Below, piece by piece: positions 1-10,343 of a stretch of 64,000 nt of DNA (position 1 is the stretch's first letter; every line of letters starts with the position of its first letter). Source of the DNA: Gnetum montanum (lineage: Eukaryota > Plantae > Gnetophyta); contig MNCI01002028.1 of the NCBI GenBank assembly GCA_015680685.1, positions 62,001 through 126,000 of the forward strand, in the 5' to 3' direction. The notes under the pieces are model-generated. The model was not told the origin of the DNA and made no database searches. It saw only the letters and a program-made list of their open reading frames with translations. The position numbers were made by a program, and so were the translations under genes.

Positions 1-154
1 TCCTCACTATTATAAAATCAAACATCCCTTTTTCTAATGGAAAGATCCCTATTGTATTCTTTAATACTTTCCTATTTTCTTAACTCTCCTTCTTCTTTTG
101 CTACCTGCTCAATTAGCCTTTGAATCTAATGGGCTCTAAGTTCTAAGAGTCTCC
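1..154 (-). pseudogene. gag: Athila-like gag remnant, downstream part (continues from 55437 across the element A insertion)
   Basis: Removing A and one TSD copy restores an in-frame minus-strand read GTLGIYAQG|RLLELRAH*IQRLIEQVAKEEG, resembling the C-terminal end of an Athila gag domain. Confidence 0.65.
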
Positions 155-2413
155 TATAGTGACCAAAAATGTCAGTGGCTGGAACATCGAGAGGTCACCA
201 GGCATAAAGCCTGATCCTGGATCCATGCGAGGGCCATGCTGGAGTAAACGAAAGTGGGGTGCCCTAAATGGTCTGGTCGATCAGATAGGGACTTAATTGA
301 TGTACAATAACCTTTTGTAAGAAATTTTTTTAGAGACATTATGTGCAAGTTAAGTGATGAGCAAAAAGCGTAAACTGATGGAGAATAATGCAAAATATGA
401 TAATAGCAAAACAAAATAAAATAGGCTTGAGTGAGAAAGTGCACCATCCCAAGATCGGGGGATCTAATCCTTGCTTGGCTAAAGGTGTACAAATGATATG
501 CAGTATAGATAGGCACAACTTATAACAAAGTGGTATGATCACAACTCCTTGAACTGTTGTCAATAGCTTGCTAATAAGGATCTTCTGCTTGCCAAAGCTA
601 ATCGCTAGAGAGCCAAAATGCCAAAATGCCAATCTTAAAAGCCAACCATAGGAAAGATGATTTCAAAAGCCAACGATGCAAAAGCCAACAACGCTCCAAA
701 AAAAGCCAACCCCTTGAACATTATTTGCTGGGGTATTTATAGGGCCAGAAGCAGGAGAAAAACATGGCTTAGATGCCACGTGTCCTGGGTCCCATAGAGT
801 GCAAATGTGACTATGCCATGTTGCTATGTGATGTTGTGTTGCAGTGTCACGCTAGTGTGCTACGCTATAGTGTGATGAAGCTTGCTATACTATGACCATA
901 CCATTCAAGCTGCATGTGCCAAAATCTAGTAGACTGCCATGTTTATTACAAAGAATGTCAACAATGAATGCAAAGTGGAGCCTATGCACTAGTACTACGT
1001 CCTCCCTGCTCTAGCGAGCAAGGTCAAGCATAGGAAAAAATTTGGGAATAGTCAAAGGGTGCAAAAAAAAAAAGCAAACTTGTTGATCTTGTCTATTGAA
1101 GAAATGCTGAGATGGAAGTGACCATTGCCAACAAGCTTTAGGGCTATTGAAGATGTCTTGGGGCTTCCACGCAAGTGTTATGCTGCTTACGCTATCCAGC
1201 GTATGGGCGTAGCGTCAAAACCCACATGCTACACTGTGCTACACTGCATAGTGTCACATAGCGTAGCAGCCAGTGTTGAAAGAAATCTTGCCTAAAAGTC
1301 AAGAATACTTGTTTGAGACCTGGCTAGGCAATCAACTACAAACCTGTCTTTCATGTTGAAAGGTCTTGGGACCTGCAAAGTTCATCCTTGGAACACTTTG
1401 GTGCTTGGTATCCCTACTATGTTGCACTACGCTATGCAGCATAGCAGCGAGTGTGACATGAATTCTTGTATAATATACAATTATTTGTCAAGAAACTTTG
1501 CTTGAGGCCCTAGGGCAAAGTGGAATAGGTAGTCTTGGAGGCTAGGATGTAGCCAAGTGTAATCCTCTTGCTAGAACCACTTGGTAGATGACCTTTGTGC
1601 ATTCTTTCCTTACTACGTTGTAGCGTTACATAGCGTAGCATCTAGTTTGGCTCAAATTCTGACTTATTTTTCAAACATTTTGTTATAGAATATCAATAAT
1701 GTCCTGACATGGTAGCAAAGCAAACTTGTTTGACAATTGAAGCATGGACAAGTAGGCTTACTCCATTAAAGCCATCTGAGTAGAAGTATTATCAGAGTAC
1801 ATCCTTGCTACATTATGCTACGCTGCGTAGCGTAGCATAGCATAGCACTCAAATGAATAGGATTCTTAACAAAACTTGCCATATTTTACTACATTATGTT
1901 GCTCATGCATCAAGGATGAAGTGGGGTAGATATTCTGGGGAACTGAGTTGTTGTCAATCTACATCTTTTGTGCCCGATTAGTCTTCTTGAGGCCTACTAC
2001 GTTGTGCAACGTAGCAGGTCTCATAGTTAGAAAACTTGCTGAACTATTTCACTCATCCTGAACACTTTTGATAGCTCCTAGCATGGTCCCTGGGTAGACC
2101 ATCAGTCAGGCCAAGTGTCAAGTTGGGTAGGCTAGAGGGTGTAGCAAGCCTGTCAACCTGGGAGATAGAAAATTTGTTGGACTGTACAATCTACCCCTGG
2201 TGCCTCTTTCATGCAAACTAGCCTTGTGGCTGGGTGCCACATTGACTATGCTATAGAGTTTGATAGGCAAGCTCGAAAGCAACATTGCAAGCATTAGGAC
2301 TTCCAAGATACCATGTCATCTACATGGTCCATTGTGACATCATGCTTGCAGAGATCTTTGCTCAAATTCTAAGACTACTAAATTGTGAGAGTCCGAAAAT
2401 TTATGGTGTTTCA
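155..2413 (-). repeat. Element A 3' LTR (~2.26 kb)
   Basis: Aligns throughout with 53164-55436; starts TGAAACACCA on the minus strand right after the PPT; terminal CA reads TA in both copies. Confidence 0.95.
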
Positions 2414-2430
2414 ATGGCCCCTCTTTGTTG
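2414..2430 (-). other. Polypurine tract of element A
   Basis: Minus strand CAACAAAGAGGGGCCAT abuts the LTR start; the same motif precedes the 3' LTRs of B and C. Confidence 0.9.
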
Positions 2431-3844
2431 ACATCTAGAGGATCTGCCTGAGAGACATCAACAAAGAATATGAAACACCATGAAGACCAAGATAGCAACA
2501 CCACTCTTCAGTGCCCGCTTGGACCACACTTTGTTACACTTGAAAGTACTAGAAGAGAAATTGTAAGGTAAGGGGCAAGGGATGGAGTTGAGAAAATACG
2601 TTCGGGGAAGAAATGAATGTAAGATGTAATGCTTTGAAAAACTATTGCCATAGCGTGATCCCTCATCAGAGTGCTTATGAGGGAGTCAGCACACATGGGT
2701 GTCTTTCTTTTTTGGCCTTTGACCTCTTGTCAAAATGCTTAGAGATGGTTGATTTATGGCCAAAGCAAGTGTAAAGTAACACGTTATGCCATTTTTTTAG
2801 GCACCCCTTTTTTTGATCTTTTCTACTCTTTTGCATTTTTTATGCTTTTCCTTTGTTGTACACCCACGTTGACTTGCAAAAAACCTTATTGTTGCTACAG
2901 GATAGGTGTTTCCTCCTCAAGATGAGTTGTGTTACAGTCCTGTGGGGCTTTGACCTACCTATAGATGCTTCCCATGGGGCAAGTTGCATTATGTCCATCA
3001 TGGACTTGGCAGTTGGGCATGTGAAAGGGCCTTTTGTATGTTCAGAAAGCTTGTAAAGGGGATGTGAAAGACTGCAAGTATAGGGAGCAAGAAGAGTAGG
3101 GCATGCACTCTCAAGTAGCTAGGCTGATCAAAGTGTATGCATTGGAGCAATGTAGTATCTTGGTTTCATGGTGAAATGAATCTCTACACGATGCCATCTT
3201 GGCTTTTGTCTTGCAAACACAACAGAGAGAAAACTAGAAAAAAGCAACCATCGAGTGAAGTAAGGGAAAATTCTTGCTTGCTTTGGACATCACCAGAGTG
3301 GCAAGTGTTGTCTCTAAAGTGTGTGATGTCCAAGGCAGGAAGGCTAGCATAGATCTTGGCAATGGAAGGCTGGAAAGGATGGCACTGAAGAGACTAGGAG
3401 CAATGATCATATAGGTGCTCAGGATTCCTCATACAAGGAAAACATCATGTAGTCCTGTTGCAAGGTGAGAATTCTAACTACTGAATGCCTCTTGGGCTTG
3501 GATGATGGCGAGGGCTGGAGGATGGCAATATTGTGGCTAGGCCACAATAGTGCTAGGACTCTAGCAGTAGGTACTGATGATAAGAGCTAGTACTAGGGAT
3601 GAGTAGTTGTGGTAGCAGTAGCTCCAGAAGGTTAGCAAGATGTCAAACGACATCTTCGGAAGATCAGCAAGATGCCAAGGGTGGTGATGCTGCATGTATT
3701 CTAGAGGATGTTTCCTTAGCAACATGAACTACATTATGGAACTGCAATGCCCCACTCCGTGTTGTTCAGGAGTTTTGAAAGTGTGCACGCTCTCTTGTTC
3801 ACAACAATTACATGTGTGTGCTAGGGGAGCATTGCACTATGAAC

Positions 3845-4195
3845 CTAGTTCAAAGTCTTGGTAGACTATTGGGTGTGCTAGTTTAAGGTCCCAATAGATC
3901 ATGATGTGCTAGTTTAAGGTCCTAGTAGACTGTTGTGCTAGTTTAACTTCGTAGCGGATGGTGGATGACCAGTTGAAGGTCATAGCAGACCATGTTGTGG
4001 GTGCTATTTTTATGTCATGGCCCAAAGACATGCTGTGCTAGTTTAATGTCATAGCAGATATTTTGTGCCAGTTTATAGTCATAGTGGACTATTTGTGCCA
4101 GTNATTTTGTGCCAGTTTATAGTCATAGTGGACTATTTGTGCCAGTTTTATGTCATAGCAAACATTTTTTGCTAGTTTTACATTGTAGCAGATGA
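3845..4195 (-). repeat. Hairpin-TAAACTRG motif array in the 3' UTR of A
   Basis: About 10 copies of minus-strand RTCYRCTAYGACNWTAAACTRGCAC with variable spacers. Confidence 0.85.
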
Positions 4196-4234
4196 TCTGC
4201 TTACCTTGCTTTATATTTGATGTAATCCTTTGCA

Positions 4235-7200
4235 TTAGATGTAGTATGGCTTGAGGTATAAGTGGTTAATAGGATTTGAAAACTCGTTGCCATTCATGTT
4301 AGCCAATTTGAATGCCCCATTCTCATAGGCTTTTGTGACTATGAAAGGGCCTTCCTAGTTGATTGAGAACTTGGTCACAGGTTCATGAATAGCCTTGAGA
4401 ACTAGGTTTCCTTCCTTGATCATCCATTGATGTAAATTGCAATGGTGCTTTTGCCATTGTTTATCCTGGTACCATTCAATGCAACCAAGTTTTCGGGCAT
4501 GTTCCTCCTCTACGGAGTCAAGATCGATGATCCTTGACTCGTTATTTTGAGCCTCATCTACAACATTTGAGAGGATCATCCAAAGTGATGAAACCTACAA
4601 TTCAAGAGGTAACATTGCTTCAGATCCATAAACAAGACTATATAGAGTCTTACCTGTAGCTGTTTAGCATGTTGTATAGTAAGCCCATAACACATAGAGG
4701 ATTTGCTCATGCCATCGCCTCTTACTGCTACTAAGCATCTTGTTGAGAAGGTTAATAATGGCTTTGTTTGTTACTTCTGCCTAACCGTTTGCTTTTGGGT
4801 AGTATGATGATGACAAAGAATGTTTGATGCCAAGGTTGTCAGAAAAGGTTTTGGTTTTCATGCTACTAAATTGTGGCCTATTGTCTATCACGATAGTCAT
4901 GGGAAGACCAAACCTTGTTACTATGTTATCCAAGATAAAGTTGCAAACCTATTGAGGTGTGGTCTTCCTCAAGGGAATAGCCTCTACCCATTTTGTGAAG
5001 TATTTAGTTTTGGTGATAATGAAGCTATGTCCTGCATAAGACTTAGTTGTGATGGGTCCTATGATATCTAGTCCCCAACGTTGGAATGGCCACGTGATCT
5101 ATGTACGATGTAACTCTATAGGTGACACATGCATAAGGTTTGCATGACGTTAACATACATCACACTTCTTAACTTTGGCAAGGTAATCTCATTCTATGCA
5201 AGGCCAGTAGTACCCTAGGCATCTGATTTTTGCTGCCATAGCTCTAGGGGCTATGTGTCCTCCACATAGTCCCTCATGGACTTCGTTAACAATTTTTTGT
5301 GCTTCTTCCCCACTAGTTCAAGTTAGCAATAGTACATCAAAGGAGCATTTTCATAAGGTGTTATCTCCCATGAGGACATACTACCAGGCTCGCTTTCATA
5401 TTGCATCCTTTTGGGCAAATGTCAAGCCATGTGAGGGTTTTCCATGTTGGAGGCATGATTTGATGTTGGCATATCATTCCTGGGTATTTTTTGCACTGAT
5501 GAATGTGATGTGTGCCGCTTGAGTAATAGGATCTATGCATTCTATTATCGAGGTGGGAAAAGTGGAAAATAGGTGTAATGACATGTTTAATGCAAACATG
5601 GCTAGCACATCAGCTACAATGTTCTTGTTATGAGGCACATGTTGAATGTTTAACATTGTGAACTATTTTAGTAAACTCTTGGCTAAGTTGTAATAAGGTT
5701 GCAAATGTGAAGCCTTGCAAGCATAGACTTCAGTGATTTGGTTGATAACTAATTGCGAGTTGTCCCAAATTGCCAAATGTTGGATGTTCAATTCTTGAGC
5801 TGCTAGAAGGCCTCTAAGGAGTCCTTCATAATCGGCTACATTGTTGGTGCAAAGGAATGCAAAGTGATATGCAAAGGGTTGAATTTCCCTGGAGGGAAAT
5901 GTAATAATAGCAACGGCACTACCACCTCATGTAGTTGAAGTGTCATAAAAATGTAAACTAGCTTGAAAGTTAGATGGTACAAGATTTAGGCTGTTGATAT
6001 GCTCATATCTGAATTTAGGTTCTATTATTGCTTGATCATCAACGGGTGAAGTTGTAAGCTGTGTGGCTATTGCTTGACCCTTGGTTGATGATTGTGCCAC
6101 ATAATGTAAATCAAATTATGTAGTTATAGCTTTCCATCGGGCTATTCCACTACTCTTGTATAAGTTAGTTGTGATAGCCTGAAGTATGTTGCTCTTGCGT
6201 ATGATGTTAAGTTTGCTACGAAATAGGTAATGTCTCCATTTTTTGAGCGCAAACCCCCCCCCGACACAATATTTTTCTACCTCGTTGTACTTTTCCTCGT
6301 AAGTTGTTAATGTATGGCTTAAGTAATGGACTAGGATTTCAAACCCATCATCTCTTTTTTGGCATAGCAATCTAGCAATAGATGTGTCTGAAGTGACAAG
6401 GTAGATGTAGAAAGGCCTATCCTTCTGTGGTGGGTAAACAGTTGGGAGATGTAAAAGCTCTTTCTTTAGGTTATCAAAGGCTTGCTAACATTGATCTACC
6501 CATTTGAAGTTGACCCCCTTCTTAAGTAGGTGTTGCATGGGGTGCAGCTTATCTGTCAACCTTGTGATAAACCTTCTGATAAAATGTACTCTACCTTGCA
6601 ACCTGTGAAACTCTTTAGGGTTTGTAGGCAATGCTAAGTTGATGATGGCCCTCACTTTATCGTAGTTCACTCGTATTTATATTTTTGACACTACAAATCC
6701 TAGCATGCATCTGGTTTTAACTCCAAAAACACATTTCCTAGGGTTGAGGCATCGGTCATGCCTATGACAATGTTGGAGGACTATATTGAGATCGTTTGGA
6801 TGATCAGTAGCTTCCCTAGACTTGACTGCTATGTAATCAACATAATCATTTAATCTCTCCAAGAGGTTGTTGCTAAAAANCGCTAAAAAATGCTAGAGCA
6901 ACCTATCAACAAGTGATGACATACATTTTTAGCAACAACCTCTTGGAGAGATTAAATGATTATGTTGATTACATAGCAGTCAAGTCTAGGGAAGCTACTG
7001 ATCATCCAAACGATCTCAATATAGTCCTCCAACATTGTCATAGGCATGACCGATGCCTCAACCCTAGGAAATGTGTTTTTGGAGTTAAAACCAGNCAGAC
7101 CCAACATGTCATCATATAACCATGCAAACACTTTAACACTGTCATGGAGAACTTTTGAAATGTTTTGGTGTACCTGTGGATGTAATAGAAAGCTAACTTT

Positions 7201-7465
7201 CAAGGTTTTTACTTCACCTCTAGAGGTAGTTACAAGGATTTCAATAAGAGGGTCCTTAGTCACATCCCCAACTACTAAGTCTAAGGCTTGGACTAGATGT
7301 TAGAGCTAGTCTAGGGATGTTTCTAGGGATGCTACATGAATGTCACAAGAGGTTAATTCAAAGTCTACCAATTCTAGATTCAAGCATCTTTTCAATCTAC
7401 CATAGGGACCCGCCAAGGTTAAAGGAAAACAAAGATCATCATACATAGTCATTTTTCTATTAGAC
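4235..7465 (-). pseudogene. pol: Element A pol: RT, RNase H, additional (archaeal-type) RNase H, integrase; degenerate, RT partly missing or inverted at an assembly gap
   Basis: Fragments ERLNDYVDY (YVDD mutated), LNPRKCVFG, VHYLSHTL..Y..VEK, N.ADYEGLL (aRH), QHVPHNKNIVADVLA, IKEGNLVLK and EGPF near the integrase end. Confidence 0.9.
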
Positions 7466-7561
7466 CTATCACAATAAACAAATAAACCAAGTCAAGTGAT
7501 ACCTGTTTGAAGCAACAACATGTAATGAATATATGTAAGGCAATAATGCAACATAAGATAG

Positions 7562-7945
7562 TTGCCAGTTTAAGGTCTTACCGGGCCGCCACTATGCAAA
7601 ATTTGTAAATTGAAATTGCCAGTTTAAGGTCTTAGCAGACCATAACCATGTAATATCATGAGATGAATGTTAAAATTGCTAGTTTAAGGTCATGGTGGAC
7701 CATTAATAGGTTTAAAATGTAAATAGGGTTAAGGTTGCTAGTTTAAGGTCATAGTGGATGGTAATAATGTAAATTTTGATCTAAAATGTAAAATGAATGC
7801 TAAAATTGCTAGTTTAAGGTCATGGTAGACTAACTGGCCTACATTGTAGAGAGAACACTAAAATTTCTATTTTAAGGTCATGGTGGATCATCACTAGGCT
7901 GTATTGTAAGTTAAAATTGCTAGTTCAAGGTTTTTGAGGACCGCT
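7562..7945 (-). repeat. Hairpin-TAAACTRG motif array upstream of RT in A
   Basis: About 7 copies at ~60-bp spacing, e.g. minus-strand GGTC-TGCTAA-GACC-TTAAACTGGCA and GGTC-CACCAT-GACC-TTAAACTAGCA. Confidence 0.85.
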
Positions 7946-8077
7946 AACAGTGCAGAATTTGTAAATATGTAGTGAAAATTTTGGTGGACCCACTTACTAC
8001 GCTACTGATGAGTGCTATGTTGTAGTGGGACTATGCTATAGTAGTGATACATTGCAGGGGTGTTCCATGTTACTCAG

Positions 8078-9594
8078 TGAAACACCACAAAATTTTGAGC
8101 TTATTACTTCTTCAACAAGAGTCGAGCTAAGTCATGACACTCCCTAGCATGACTGAAGCTTGAGGACCCCACAGACAGCTTCACATAGAGTCAAACTCAA
8201 CAAGAAATGGTTCCCTGGGACCCACAAATGACCATAGCGACATTTGGCATCAAACATGGTGACTTCAGAGCTCAAGATACTTGGTTCTCACTAAGTAAGC
8301 AGTATGCAGCGTATATGCCCAGCGTATACACCCAGTGTACACACCTAGCATACATGCCTCACATGTACGCTCAGCATGTATGACTGACATGTACACCCAG
8401 CATGCAATCCCAAAGATGGCATGGAAATGGCATTTCAGAGCAAGATTTTGTATAAAGCATCAACTCACAGGAACAGAGCAATTATCAGGTGTCATCATGG
8501 ACTCTAGAAAGTCAAATGGTCTTGACATCATGCACTTTGGAGTTCATAGGTTGAGCATGTACATCCTGCACGAACAACGTATACGCCCAACATGCACGCC
8601 TAGCGTATACACCCAACATATACAATGTGTACACCCAGCGTGTACTCCTAGCATGTATAATGTGTACACCCAGTGTGTAGCACAACGTATACCAATCAAA
8701 GCTCTCCAGAACCATTTTAGATCAAGGCCAACCAAGTTGAACATCCATAGGCAGCATTCTCATGACATCCGAATTCAAATCCGAAGGCCGAATGACTTCT
8801 TTTGTTTTGATCAAGTCTGTATGCCGAGTTCACACGCTCAGCGTGTATACACTGGCATACAAAAATATACGCTGACATGCCGCATGTTGTACACTTGTAA
8901 AATTTCATTCTTTTGCACTCAATCAACGTGCCACATGTCACCCGACCCAAGAGTCCAGCACTCCACAGCCAATCATCCCCTCTCAGATTCGAGTCTAATG
9001 TCTAAACTTGTATAGAAATCCCAATTTTTCACTAGATTGGGGTTGGAAATTTTGAGCAAAACCAGAGACAAAAAAAGAACCAAAGACACTAAGAAACAAA
9101 AGTAAAACAAAAACCTGTATGCTGGACCTCAACCCTGCACATTGAGAACATAGCCTTCACGCTGTGCCTGCAGTTCAAACCAGCATACCATCATCTCTCC
9201 GCATCCACCGAGGCTCTTCATCCTCCTTGTGTCAGATTCACAACTACGTTAGACCGGTGCATTGTAACTTTCAGTTTCGCAATAATATTACCACATTTCT
9301 TTTGCTAAGATTTGTTACAGTTTTTCATTCATTATTGCATGCTTATTTTTTATGTTCCTGTACATTTACGCTCCGTTTGACATTAGTTACACCGTTTACG
9401 TATAACCCGGCATACAGTATAACGGTGTACGTTCGGGGAAATCCTTGTCTGATCCGTGTGCAAATCATTCAAGGTACTCTACCTTCATTAATTCTTGCTT
9501 GCCCTCAAGCAAAGGTAGGGTCTTCTGTGCTTGTCCAGGGATCTCTTGGTTTCTATTTCATTCCAGCTAGAGACCGACGATTTCGGACAGTACA
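8078..9594 (+). repeat. Element B 5' LTR
   Basis: TGAAACACCA...GGACAGTACA; aligns with 23864-25383; internal TACGCCCAGCG-like degenerate repeats. Confidence 0.95.
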
Positions 9595-9599
9595 AAAAA

Positions 9600-9618
9600 T
9601 GGTGCTACAAGGAGGGCC
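9600..9618 (+). other. Primer binding site (tRNA-Asn) of B
   Basis: TGGTGCTACAAGGAGGGCC, 5 nt after the LTR end, matching TGGCGCTAGAAGGAGGG, the complement of the plant tRNA-Asn(GTT) 3' end as recalled. Confidence 0.8.
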
Positions 9619-9744
9619 TCAAACTATTTAAACTTACTTTGATCTCATACCTTGATCTTCGCAGATTCACATCGCACCGACACCAAACCTAGCTTTGAAA
9701 TTCCTAGATCTGTACCCCGTTCTATAGAATTCCCAGCATCTACA

Positions 9745-10270
9745 TGTTGCTCAGTCTACGTTGTATGTTGTAGACCTTGTCTACACACTACTCAGTCTAA
9801 GCTGCATGCTGTAGACTCTGTCCATATGCTGCTCAGCCTACCTGTACGCTGTACGCTGTAGACCCTGTCTATATGCTGCTCAGCCTACCTATACGCTATA
9901 CACTGTAGACTCTGTCTACATGCTACTCAGTCTACGTTGTACACTGTAGACTCTGTCTGCACGCTGCCTAGTCTACCTATACGCTGTACACTGTAGACTC
10001 TATCTACACGCTGCCCAGTCTACGCTATACGCTATAGACCCTATCTACACACTACTCAGTCTAAGCTATATGCTGTAGACTCTGTCTATACGCTGCCCAG
10101 CCTATGCTATATGCTATAGACCCTGTCTACACACTACTTAGTCTAAGCTGTATGCTGTAGACTCTGTCTATACGCTGCTCAGCCTACCTATATGCTGTAC
10201 ACTGTAGACTCTGTACACTGGTCACTGAAGCCTATACACTGAGATCCAGTCTATACGCTATACGCTGCGA
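9745..10270 (+). repeat. Degenerate tandem minisatellite in the 5' UTR of B
   Basis: More than 10 units of ~39-46 bp built on GCTGTAGAC(T/C)CTGTCTACACGCTGCTCAGTCTA. Confidence 0.9.
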
Positions 10271-10343
10271 ACATAGGTGTACGCTTTGATAAGTATACTA
10301 GTTTCATATCCCTTCCACCGTGTTGTATTTACAACCGTTCATC

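Noticed and set aside
3845-4195. CRISPR-like look (conserved repeat plus variable spacer) of the motif arrays
   Set aside because: Repeats are degenerate, spacers irregular, no cas genes are present and the context is a eukaryotic retroelement UTR; reported as hairpin motif arrays instead.
6712-7095. Near-perfect inverted duplication of RT sequence (potential hairpin/siRNA locus)
   Set aside because: The inverted piece is bounded by single Ns at 6880 and 7095, is essentially identical to its partner in an otherwise old element, and adjacent RT sequence is missing; most likely a mis-oriented contig.
8335-9015. 226-aa ORF in the B LTR (and 24090-24608 in the other LTR)
   Set aside because: Low-complexity translation of TACGCCCAGC-type repeats; no recognisable domain and the two LTR copies differ in frame and stop.
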